A stretch of 51,969 bases of DNA. Origin: Octopus sinensis (Eukaryota). Where the stretch lies: positions 1-51,969 of the forward strand of contig NW_021834289.1 in the NCBI RefSeq assembly GCF_006345805.1, written 5' to 3'. The notes below the pieces were generated by a model, which ran no database searches, was not told where the DNA came from, and worked only from the letters and a program-made list of their open reading frames with translations. The position numbers and the translations under genes were made by a program. Position 1 is the first letter of the stretch; each line of letters opens with the position of its first letter. Shown here piece after piece: positions 12,386 through 23,509 of this stretch.

Positions 12386-13116
12386 TCATTCGAGAACATG
12401 TAGCAAAGACTTCATGTATGCTGCTGCAACAAGCGCTGCATATGGTTGCCAGCCTTTCTTCCCAGTTCCATCAATGTAATCTGCCATTCCTCGAATTACT
12501 AGGAAACTGCAGTTTCTACTTCCTTCCAGCGAGTCAAGAACGGCGTCAAATTCTGAATCGAAAGCCTTGATGCCATTCAGCTGGGAAAAATCCTTGCGCA
12601 TCTTTTCATTTTGGGTTACCATTTTGCCAGAGCCAATAACTCCATATCTAATGGTCACCTGTCCCTCTGTGTAGGACTGATAATGACTACCAGATGGTTT
12701 CGGATGCTCGTATTGAACAACAGTACCATTAGGTTGGGTTGCAAAGAGCTTATCACGCATAATAGATGGACGGTTAAAATCTGATTCTTCACTTTCAAGG
12801 AGATCTCTCCCTTCTTCAATGTAGGGATCCCATGGTTTTGCAATGGTGGGATTCCGTTCAACAGTGCACTTGAGGTTCTCAACAGCTTTCTGAAGGCTGT
12901 GATTGGTTGATGCCCATGACTGTGTCACATAACTGTAGCCAATGGAATTAGGTATATTCTCAGCTCGTTGGCAATGAACATAGAGTGAACCACTTCTGTC
13001 AACAGGCGTAGATACTACCACATCTCCAAGTCGAACATGTTTGTTGAAGTCTGAGAAGTGAGGAACAGCACCACCAACACCAACAAGAATAACATGTTCA
13101 ACATAACTAAAAACGC
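12386..13116 (-). CDS. terminal coding exon of a nucleoside phosphorylase/nucleosidase-domain (PNP_UDP_1/MTAN fold) protein
   Basis: Acceptor ttattttttcag|GC. The frame extends 31 codons above the tracked ORF: VFSYVEHVILVGVGGAVPHFSDFNKHVRLGDVVVSTP...GVIGSG...KAFDSEFDAVL...FLVIRGMADYIDGTGKKGWQPYAALVAAAYMKSLLHVLE*. LxGxGG, RLGDVVVS and IRGxxDY...WQPYAAxxAAAY are hallmark family motifs. 242 full codons plus TGA. Confidence 0.95.
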
Positions 13117-13295
13117 CTGAAAAAATAAAAGAAAAATAAAAAGAAAAAAATTATTAGTATTCTTTCCACACGAAAGAAAAATTAAAAGCTTAACAAAACA
13201 TAGATATTTTTTTTAAAAGAAAACTATTGAAAGAGGAACGATTTCAGATGGTTGATTTAAGAGAGTATAAGAAAATTTAAGAACTTCTGAAATTA

Positions 13296-13640
13296 TTGGC
13301 TCATCCATAAATAATGCAGGTTTTTTTCAATTGCATGAACTAAAAGTCAGAGAGGGATGGGATAAACTACCTGCATCAACTTGCTATAAAAGCATGTAGT
13401 AATTTTACCTTGTACTTATTCTTAGTGCAAGTTTTGAAGAATGCAATTCGATTTTAACAGTTAATTTTTTTTTCAAAGCTATAATGGAAGTGACAAAGGA
13501 GCATTTTCAGCATATTTTGCTTTATGAGATCAATAAAGGCAACAAGGCAACGGAAAGTGTGAGGAATATTAATGCAGTATATGGGGATCGGCCAATAAGC
13601 ATAAGCCAGAATCAACAGTGGTTGCAGAAATTCCAAGTAA
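13296..13640 (+). mobile_element. mariner 5' end (TIR plus N-terminal HTH of transposase), truncated
   Basis: TA then ttggctcatccataaataatgcagg (TIR-like). ORF from 13484, MEVTKEHFQHILLYEINKGNKATESVRNINAVYGDRPISISQNQQWLQKFQ, resembles the mariner HTH. Confidence 0.88.
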
Positions 13641-13703
13641 GACAGAGGAAAAAAAAAATCACCAACGATTCACATGTGGTTACATTTTGGAAAAAAAACA
13701 ATG

Positions 13704-13734
<31 letters not shown>

Positions 13735-13769
13735 GCTACAATAAATAGAGCAAACATTAAACAGTTGTC

Positions 13770-13836
13770 ATTATTAGTACTCAGAAGTTTGAATGTCAGA
13801 GCAAAGAGCTACTGTACATTTTCATCACCTATTAAT
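13770..13836 (-). ncRNA. type I hammerhead ribozyme-like motif (degenerate)
   Basis: Minus strand: stem I attaatag/ctaataat, core gTGATGA, extended stem II aatgt..cag.agc/gct.ctg.acatt, cAAA, stem III ACU/AGU, GUA triplet. C3 is changed and G12 is missing. Confidence 0.55.
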
Positions 13837-14199
13837 GGTAACAGACGCTACAAAGGAAAAAAAAAGAACTATTAAATTTAAGGGAAGTAACTCTAATAGA
13901 TGGAAAAAGAGAAAAAGAAAAAAAGATAAAAATATATAAAAAAGTTATAGAAACATGAAACACCTGCGTTCATAGCATCTACATACATACACATACACAA
14001 AAAGCATGTATATGCACACACACACGCACACACACATATATATATATATATATAAACATATGCAGTACGTACTCATGCATACATACATACATACCCACAC
14101 ACATGTATATATATATACGTACGCAACCTCATCTTCATTACACATAGGTGCTTACATGCATACGTGTAACATAACATATTTATACATATAAATATATGT

Positions 14200-14535
14200 G
14201 TGTGTGTGTGAGTGTATATATATAGACAGACATTCACATCCACCCCACACACACACTCCCATCACACACATACACTTGCACATATACAAACATATACATA
14301 TATATATATACATATATATATATACACATATACATATATATACATATACATATATACATACACATACATACATACATACACACATACATATACATATATA
14401 CATACATATGTACATACATATATATATATACATATATCGACATACATATGTACATACATATATACATACATATATATATATACATACATACATATACATA
14501 GACATACGTATATACATATATATACATACATATAT
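14200..14535. repeat. compound (TA)n/(CA)n/(TACA)n microsatellite block
   Basis: Direct reading. Similar blocks at ~14930-15150, 15480-15900, 25680-26240 and 49000-50030. Confidence 0.95.
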
Positions 14536-14934
14536 AAATAATATGTCAGGCATTATGACAACATAACTCCGTTGTCTGTGTGACTGGTCCGAACAGCGTA
14601 CCTTGCTGACTGACAATACATACCAAGTCTGTCCATTATTTATTAGTAGTGGAGCAGCCCGCTTCTCACCTGAGGGTATCCGCCACAACCCCTGCCCCCT
14701 TTGAAACTTTTTCATTTCATTTTCAGAATTATTTTTCACTTTAGATTTTTTTTCTTGTTCTACACAGAATTTTATTTTTTCTTTGCTCTATCTACACAAC
14801 ATTATTTTTTTTCTACTAACTAAAATTATTTTTATCTTATTTAGACTTTTTTTTCAAAATGCTGCAGCTAGTACCAGTCTACATTGTTTACCGGTAGCAC
14901 TATTAATATATAGCAACTATATATAGTCTGTGTG

Positions 14935-14966
<32 letters not shown>

Positions 14967-15078
14967 ATGTCTATATATCTATATATATGTATACATATTA
15001 TACAAAATATATATACATATATACATACATACACATCATAATAATATCTATATATTATATACATATATATATATACAT

Positions 15079-15141
<63 letters not shown>

Positions 15142-15149
15142 CCACACAC

Positions 15150-15475
15150 ACAAAAGGTATTGTCTACTCCTTATGTAGAGTTTGACCATCCCCTGTACCT
15201 ACACCTTATTACCATCATGGCATCTCCAGACAATGTTTTGAAAAGACACCCCACATACATTGCATATCCAATTTGGACCACAAAGAGTTGCAGTTAAGCC
15301 CTGATCTTTGTGGATCTTAAAATGTCTTTTGAGGTCTCTGTTAAAATTGCAGACCTTATGACATACATGGCATTGAAAAAAGGTGCACAGACATATAGGC
15401 AGAATAGTTGGTAGAGGTTTGTTTTCCATGAGTTCGAAAATGAGATTTTAGCCCAGCAAAAGAAAGGTATGGTCT
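15150..15475 (-). mobile_element. frameshifted multi-C2H2 zinc-finger relic, probably the 3' end of a LINE ORF
   Basis: [18 protein letters not shown], frameshift, CHVCHKVCNFNRDLKRHFKIH (C-x2-C-x12-H-x3-H), then CNVCGVS/FKTLSG with another shift. The LINE origin is inference. Confidence 0.6.
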
Positions 15476-15724
15476 GTCACATACATATATATATACTTAT
15501 ACATATATAGACATATATATATCAATACATATATATATATACATATATATACATTTATATACATATACATGTATGTATGTGTATATATATATATACACAC
15601 ACATATATCCATTTATATACATATACATGTTTGTATGTGTATATTATATATATATATTACACCATATATCCATACATATACATTTATATTCATATACATG
15701 TATATACATACATATACATGTATG

Positions 15725-15759
<35 letters not shown>

Positions 15760-15816
15760 TATATCCATACATATACATTAATATCATATACATGTATATA
15801 CATACATATACATGTA

Positions 15817-15859
<43 letters not shown>

Positions 15860-15863
15860 TATA

Positions 15864-15901
<38 letters not shown>

Positions 15902-16293
15902 CACAGGTTAAAATAGAAAGAAAAGGACAACAATTTGGCTACACTTGACAAAGACATTTAATTTAATTTTTGGCTATACAATAAAAGGTAGAGATATTAT
16001 ATAGCTAAATTGAATTAATCATCAATGTTAAGTCTTGCCAAATTGTTTGCATTTCCTTTCTTCCTTAACCTGTTCCTACCAACTCAAGGGAAAGCTAATT
16101 CTAGCTGTTTAGGATGAGGCAGTCGCAAAATCCTAATTTCAAATGCAGTTCAAACCGGAATTTTAGTGGCACACTCAATTTGAGCACTCAGCACTCATAC
16201 CTATTAGTTTGAGTCACCCTGACAAAAACTCCTCATATCTTTTATATATATACATAATATCTTCTTGTTTCTCTCCTTGCTTTTTTCTGTGTA

Positions 16294-16331
16294 TCTTTCT
16301 GTCGAAGAGCGTAGGCTCGAAACGTAAAAGA
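16294..16331 (+). ncRNA. minimal hammerhead-like motif
   Basis: tcttt CTGTCGA a gagc gtag gctc GAAA cGTA aaaga. Stem I is 5 bp, stem II is 4 bp, with an ACGU palindrome; A6 is replaced by U. Confidence 0.6.
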
Positions 16332-16886
16332 CTTTTTCTATTTCTATTCCTGAGTGCTATACTAATACATTTGTTTGTTTGTACTCCACCTGCCTTCGTC
16401 TTTTGTTTATTTTTGTAAACTTTCCCGTTACATACATATATATATATGCATACATACATATACATATGTATACATTCATATACAGACATATACGCATATA
16501 TACATACTAAGTATATTAAAATATATATATTAAATATATTAAAGTATTTAATATATATATTAATTTCATTTTCCATAAAAATTTTTTTGTTCATTATTTT
16601 TCATTATGTTTTGAAAGACATCAAGGCAACTAAGCATATTTACAAGTATAGCTACAAATATTGCATAGATTTTTCAAATAAATTTTTTTTTTGTGGGTGG
16701 GGAGGTTAAATGATCAGAAGTGTGTCTGGTTTGAGTAACTCCTAATGACTTTGCATATAACATCATATAATCAAAAGTGTGTGTGTGTGTGTGTGTGTAT
16801 ACATTTCAAAATGTAATTACAAGAAGATCGTTGGTGATTTTTTACCCCCTCCATCTTCCTTTTCTCTTGGACTTTCCTCTGTCTCC

Positions 16887-16923
16887 AGATTCTGAAGAAG
16901 AGCTTTGCTCAAAACGTAAAACT
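16887..16923 (+). ncRNA. minimal hammerhead-like motif
   Basis: agatt CTGAAGA a gagc ttt gctc aAAA cGTA aaact. G12 is replaced by A; stem I has one mismatch. Confidence 0.6.
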
Positions 16924-17069
16924 ACCTTTCTTTCCTTCCTTGAGCGTCTTTTAATACTGTGTACGTACCACGTCCTCATGTTGTTTTTTCTCATGATTTT
17001 TCTTTGTTTTATATATATACATACATATATATACATGCATACATGTATATACATGCATACATATATTAC

Positions 17070-17363
17070 GTGGAGGCACATGGCCTAGTGGCTAGGGCAG
17101 TGGACTTGCAGTTGAGGGATCACGGGTTCGAATCTCAGACCGGGCGATGTGTGTATTTATGAGCGAAACACCTAAGCTCCACGTGCTCCAGCTGAAGGTA
17201 ATGGTGAACTTCTGCAGACTCTTTCACCACAACTTTTCTCTCACTCTTCCTCCTGCATTTTGCAGCTCACCTGTGACGGACCGGCGTCCCATACAGATGG
17301 GGAACCTATACGCCAAGGAAACCAGGAAACAGGCCCTATGAGCCAGGCGTGGCTCAAGAAAGA
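17070..17363 (+). mobile_element. tRNA-derived SINE family C (tail C1)
   Basis: gtggaggcacatggcctagtggctagggcagtggacttgcagttgagggatcacgggttcgaatctc...tgtgacggaccggcgtcccatacagatgggg...ggctcaagaaagaac. Confidence 0.9.
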
Positions 17364-17556
17364 ACAAAATCTACTTAGAGACATGTGTGTGTGTACTGTT
17401 CTATATATGTGTGTGGCCGCACACACATTATCCGCACCAACGCACGGTTGCAACACCATATGGTTGTACCTCCAACCGTGCTGTCTTCTGCTGTGAAATG
17501 CGGCCACACACATATATAGAACAGTACACACACACATGTCTCTAAGTAGATTTTGT
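17364..17556. repeat. perfect 58-bp inverted repeat with a 77-nt spacer
   Basis: 17364-17421 is the exact reverse complement of 17499-17556. Spacer bases 17427-17496 are identical to 17962-18031. Confidence 0.95.
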
Positions 17557-18333
17557 CTCGCCCCATATAATACACCTAATATTCTTTAAATAGTCAGAAC
17601 TTTAGTCTCGGTCACAAAGAACATCTACGCACACCCGTGCCCTCACCCACCGGAATGAACGTGCCTGACCCGTTAAAATCCTCAACGCACCCACCACCCG
17701 TTTCAACATACATTGATAAACAGTTTGGCCATTGGCTCTTAGGAGCCTCGTTCGATTTGTTTTGCTCCGCCTCTGTTCTGTTTTTGTTTATTCCAACGGA
17801 TCTTCTTATTTCCTTGAGAAGAGAAAGACACAATATGGTCTCAGTATTCAATCGGAATTGGTAAATTGTGCCTTTCGAAACACGTGTAGAATGCAATAAA
17901 ACGATTTCTGTTCAATTCGTTCAACTCCATTTCTTCAATTCACTAATAATATTAAAATTCAATTATCCGCACCAACGCACGGTTGCAACACCATATGGTT
18001 GTACCTCCAACCGTGCTGTCTTCTGCTGTGATTTTGCTACCAAGGTATCGGTTTAAACTTTTGATTAACCTGCAACAAGATTATTCATCTTTCTATTTCA
18101 CAAAATATATATATATATATATTTTCTATGTGATTTCAAAGTCATTTATTGTTAAAAACTATTGTCACATGACAATAATACTGTCAACTGTAGCAACAAA
18201 TAGCAATGGGAGGAGGAGGAGGAGGAGAAGCAAAAGGGGCAGGGTTGAGGTAGAATAGAAGCAAGGGCAAACTATCACTAGCATTATTTTGTTTAGAACA
18301 TGATGGAGAATAAACGCAATTGAGTTTACTTAC

Positions 18334-18456
18334 CTAAAAGTCTTGTGATGGTGTTTTCGGCTGAAATCATCTTCTGCTCTGCTGCACCTTTTGAGAGCTT
18401 TGTCGAAACCACAATATGTTTGCCAATCTGTCCCAGTGTATATACTTGAGATTCAC
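18334..18456 (-). CDS. internal coding exon (123 nt, phase 1-1) of the nucleosidase-domain gene
   Basis: atcttcag|GT GAA TCT ... CTT TTA G|gtaagt. Encodes (G)ESQVYTLGQIGKHIVVSTKLSKGAAEQKMISAENTITRLL(G), in frame with both neighbouring exons. Confidence 0.93.
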
Positions 18457-18530
18457 CTGAAGATATCAAGGACATAAACATCAACCACATTATTAACCAA
18501 ACTCACATGGTTCTAACGATCATGTCAAAT

Positions 18531-18569
<39 letters not shown>

Positions 18570-18644
18570 TATATACACATTCTTGCGGTGCTCCAGCATG
18601 GCCGCAGTCAAATGACTGAAACAAGTAAAAGAGCAAAGAGTAAC

Positions 18645-18815
18645 AAAATGGGTTAAACAGATCTAAATTAAAACCTTCCCTCAAAATTTCATGTTGTGTT
18701 CCAAATACCAACTTAATAACGACAAAGTTATTTTACTAAATTCTTTGTTATTTCCAAAATTTATTGAAATAAATGCAGTGTATTTCAACAGAAATATGGT
18801 AACAAAAGGGTTAAA
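18645..18815. mobile_element. second TTAA-flanked MITE family
   Basis: Ends gtatttcaacagaaatatggtaacaaaagggTTAA; a partial body repeat follows at ~18860-18905. Confidence 0.5.
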
Positions 18816-19615
18816 ATGATCTGAATCAAAACCTTCGATACTGACTTAATAATGAACCAAAAACCTCTATCAAACTTTCATGTTAATTTAGGTTCCAAAC
18901 ATAAGTTAACAATATAGCAACAAAAAGTATAAGTTTACTATTAACATGAAAGTGTTGTGACTGATATTTATTGCATACAACTAGTTTTACACCAAAGAAC
19001 ACTACTTCAAAAGACATTCAACAATTTTTCCTGAAGTTCGCAAAGGTCCACTATCGTAAGAAAACAAAAACAAAACAAACAATAGTCTTAAAGTACATCT
19101 GAATATTTCATTATAATTCATTTTATGTTCTGACATTTTCAGACATTTTTCTCTGAAAATATGTTAATATATCAAAAAATAATTTTTAAAAAACACTTGA
19201 CATAAAAAAAACAAAATGTTGCATAAAATATAAGCTACTAAAAATTCTCTTGTGTAGGCGAAAACATAAAGGACACCAACAGAATCACATGCCTGAGTAA
19301 TATATTTAATATAATGAGCTCCTAGCACCCAAAAGCTAATAGGAAAATTTAGTCAGATGAATAACCATAAAGAATGTATTGCAGGCTTAGACCATCCAGT
19401 GTTACATCCATTTCCTAATGACACGCTACCAAAGAATCAGGTTGGTGCAGAAGAGCATTACTGATAAATATCTGTAACCAGCGAGTTATGTAAAGTGGTA
19501 GATAAAAATTTATATGTGCATTTAAAATCAAGAAAACAAAAATCTAAGAAATGAAGGCCAATACATCAGGAAAATTAGTTTACATTATATATAATATGGA
19601 AAATCAGCTTCAAAG

Positions 19616-19655
<40 letters not shown>

Positions 19656-19710
19656 TTCACAGATGAGATTCAGATATTCTCAGTTTAGAAGACACTTAAT
19701 AGTGCTCAAA

Positions 19711-19755
<45 letters not shown>

Positions 19756-19925
19756 ATGGTTTTTGATAAGCAACATCAACTTTAGTAATTCTGTAAATAA
19801 TAATAATAGTATTTTATGAATTACGGAGATGTACTTGCTTAGCAAGTGACTTGATTTGAGATCGTTTGCTGGAACGAAAACAACTGCAGCGTGGAAGGTG
19901 TTTGTATGTGCATACAAACACACAT

Positions 19926-20031
19926 ATATTTTCGTCGCTTTGAGATCGCGACCTGTTCACTGACAAGACTTTGTGATGCATCACAAAGTCTTGTCAGTGA
20001 ACAGGTCGCGGTCTGAAAGCGACGAAAATAT
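19926..20031. repeat. 106-bp spacerless palindrome (53-bp arms, 2 mismatches)
   Basis: atattttcgtcgctttgagatcgcgacctgttcactgacaagactttgtgatg|catcacaaagtcttgtcagtgaacaggtcgcggtctgaaagcgacgaaaatat. Confidence 0.95.
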
Positions 20032-20939
20032 TTTGACAAATTAAATTTAAATGTTGAAGTGAATCTAACGGTTTTTGTGTGTTTCTTAAATGGCTTACAA
20101 ACACCTTCCACACTGCAAGTGTTTTATGAGCTTGAAGCTTATAAGCAATCACAGTGCAATGACTAAAGAAAATAGTCTAATAACGGGGCAAATAAGCCCT
20201 CAACGGAAATACACGTATGGGAATATTTGTCTTTTGTGTATTTGCAATAGATTTGTTTCAGTCATTAAGTAATGGAATGCAACGCATCCTGGCTTTTATT
20301 AACTGTAAAGTTATTTATATATCAGTGTGACTATTTCTAGCCTTTCCTCTTTGTCTTTTTTCTTCTTTCATCTCTTTCCTTCTCTCTCCCTCTCACACAC
20401 ACACACTTACTTCTATTTCTAGCCTTTCTTCTTTCTCTTTTTTGCCACCTTCATCCCTTGATTTCCCTATGTTGCGCTCACTCTCTCATGTCCTCTTTCT
20501 CCTCTGCCTGTTGATGACACATGACCCATGGCCATTTTGTCTTTCATACTCTCCCTTTTACACACCAGTCACATAGCTGACTGGTCCTAAATTCTCTGTG
20601 TTCCAATAGCACAAATCTTGCTATTTCTTGTTTTTCTTATCCTTTTGGATAGCCTTCAAGTGACACATGAAGGGCACCCATGCAGGTGACACATAACAGA
20701 CAACCATGCCAGTGACATGCGAAGAGCACCCACTACACTCTTGGAATGGTTGACATTAGGAAGGTCATCCAGCCATAGAAATCAGGTGAAATCAGACTGG
20801 AACCTAGTGCAGCTCTCCGGCTTATCAGTTTTCAGTCAAACCATCCAACCCATGCCAGCATTGAAAATGGATGCTAAATGATGACGACGATGATATACGT
20901 ATTTATATATAATATATAGCACCATACAAGTGTGATTGT

Positions 20940-21400
20940 TGACAGAGCGGCTAACCGGCTTCCGTGCCAGTGGCACATAAAAGGCACCATTCAAGTGTGA
21001 TCATTACCAGCGTCGCCTTACTGGCACTCGAGCCCCGTGCTAGTAAGGTACCAAGAGCACCATCCAAGCATGATCATTGCCAGAGCAGCCAACTGGCTTC
21101 CGTACCTGTGGCATGTAAAAGGGCACCATTCGAGCGTGATCGTTACCAACGTCACCTTACTGGCAACTGTGCTGATGGCATGTGTAAAAAGATTCGAGTG
21201 AGGTTGTTGCCAGTACCGCCTAACTGGCCCTCGTGCAGGTAGCACGTAAAAAGCACCCACTACACTCTCGGAGTGGTTGGTGTTAGGAAGGGCATCCAGC
21301 TGTAGAAACTTTGCCAGATCAAGATTGGAGCCTGGTGCAGCCATCTGGTTCGCCAACCCATGCTAGCATTGAAAGCAGACGTTAAACGATGATGATGATA
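20940..21400 (+). mobile_element. repeat family D, long form with tandem subrepeats
   Basis: Several gtgcc.gtggcac.taaaa.gcacc units precede the ggaagggcatcc core and (GAT)n tail. An older copy lies at ~20690-20890. Confidence 0.85.
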
Positions 21401-22229
21401 TATATATATGCAAATCTAGCCAGTTAAGTAGTGAATCAAAACAGTAGAAAGTAGCCATACATTAAGACCCATGTTTCTATTCATTGTTATTAGTTTGCTG
21501 TATGTTTATTTTATATAATTTGCCTAAACAGTCTGCTACAACAAAATTGAGGCAGTAACACATTTTTTTTATTTGCTCTTTTTATTTATTTCCTTTTAAA
21601 TGTATTTCTTTATTGCTTCAATTTATTTTTTTTTATTCTCCAAAATTTAAATAGCTTCAAATTATAATGGTTACATTTTTACAAATAATATACAGCCATT
21701 CAAATCAAGAGGGTTACAAAAATTAACATCAACAACATCAATTGTTATCTTGTATTTTAATTAATTAATTAATTAATTTAACAACTATAGGGCCATCAAT
21801 AATATTGTTCAATTATAATAGTATTTTAAATAATGAATCTATGTTTATAATATTTTATCTAATTTTGTAGTATGTATTTAAAATATAGATCAATGACATT
21901 TAAAGATATATTATAAGTGTAACAGATATATATAATAGTGTACAAATGTAACCATACGTTTAATCACACACAAGGTTTGGAGATATATTATATGAGTTCA
22001 TACAACAGCAAGTGAAACAATGATTGCAGATAATATTATTAAAGGAACTTTATTTGGCTGTTAAAATTAGCATTCAAATGCTTGTTTATAAATATGTAAA
22101 TCCAAGGAGACATTGCACGCGTACGTGCACATCATATGACTGCATATCCTCGGGAGTGTCCGACCAAAAATATATTATATGTATGCATATATCGCTACAT
22201 GATAAACTATGTCCATATTAATGACTAAA

Positions 22230-22470
22230 ACAAACACACATCCGTTTTCCGTGCTAGCATGGGTTGGACGGCCAGATGGCTGCACCAGGCTCCATTCTGA
22301 TCTGGCAGTGTTTCTACAGCTGGATGCCCTTCCTAACACCAACCACTCCGAGAGTGTAGTGGGTGATTTGGTACGTGCCACCGGCACAGGTGCCAGGGAG
22401 GCGGCAGTGGCCATGATCAGTTGGCGCTTTTTACATGCCACCGGCACAGAAGCCAGTCAAGGCGGCACTG
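22230..22470 (-). mobile_element. repeat family D
   Basis: gctagcatgggttggacgg...ggatgcccttcctaacaccaaccactccgagagtgtagtgggtg...gtgccaccggcac. Confidence 0.85.
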
Positions 22471-22485
22471 GCATATACATATATA

Positions 22486-22524
<39 letters not shown>

Positions 22525-22639
22525 AATGTATGTTTACAAGTGTGCATATCATGAACACACCAAAACGAACATACACAAGCATAAATGCAAGTTTCTCTGC
22601 TCTCTCTCTCTCTCTAAATATATATATATATATATATAA

Positions 22640-22938
22640 TCACGTGACCGACCAGACCATCAGATGTTGTTACACATCGCTGGTCACAATGTGTTCGCAT
22701 TGTTTTAGCCTTCAAATGACGCCACCCCGCTGGCTAAGCGAGCTGGCCAACAGAAGAAAGAGTGGTGAAAGAGTACAGCAGGGATCACCACACCCTGCCG
22801 GAGTCTCGTGGTACTTTTAGGTGTTTTCGCTCAATAAACACACACAACGCCCGGTCTGGGAATCGAAACCGCGATCCTGCGACCGCGATCCTGCGACCGC
22901 GAGTCCGCTGCCCTAACCACTAGGCCATTGCGCCTCCA
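22640..22938 (-). mobile_element. tRNA-derived SINE, family C head with alternative tail (C2)
   Basis: Head is like family C. The 3' part is ...ggctaaaacaatgcgaacacattgtgaccagcgatgtgtaacaacatctgatggtctggtcggtcacgtgat. The head has a 14-bp tandem duplication (ccgcgatcctgcga x2). Confidence 0.88.
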
Positions 22939-23509
22939 TATATATATAATATATATATTATATATATAAATATACATACACCACAAGTGCACACATACTA
23001 AATATCAAAATCATGTGGGTTGGGGTTATATTGTGTATCATGGACACATCACACAAATACTAGCATGCGAATGTAGGCATACTTCAGCATCATGTACATA
23101 CAAGGATATATCATATATACACACACTTACTTTCACACACACACAAATGTTTGCCAGAACATTCACTCTATGCTTAAGTACATCTTACACATGCATGCAT
23201 AACTGAAAGCTGGTGTATGGCTGTATGTGCATACAAACACACATATACGTGCACTTGTACATACAGAATCCGTCCATTCATCTTCATAAGGTTAAACCTG
23301 CTTATGGGTTCATGGTTTATGGTGATTACATACGTTGATGTTGCATGATTATCTTTATCTTTATCTTTATCTAGTTTCAGCTCACGAGCTGTGGCCATGC
23401 TGGGGCACCGCATGTCTTCATAGGTAATCTTATTATTCTACAGTAATACTTAATATCTTCTAGTTTAGGGAGTTTCAATGACATATACATATATACACAC
23501 AAACATACA

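Larger units (their letters stand above)
13740..14760 (-). mobile_element. non-autonomous Penelope-like 3' end/pLTR remnant with microsatellites
   Basis: 13745-13990 is homologous to 42020-42270, which adjoins a GIY-YIG ORF. It carries a hammerhead-like motif at 13770-13836. Confidence 0.6.
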
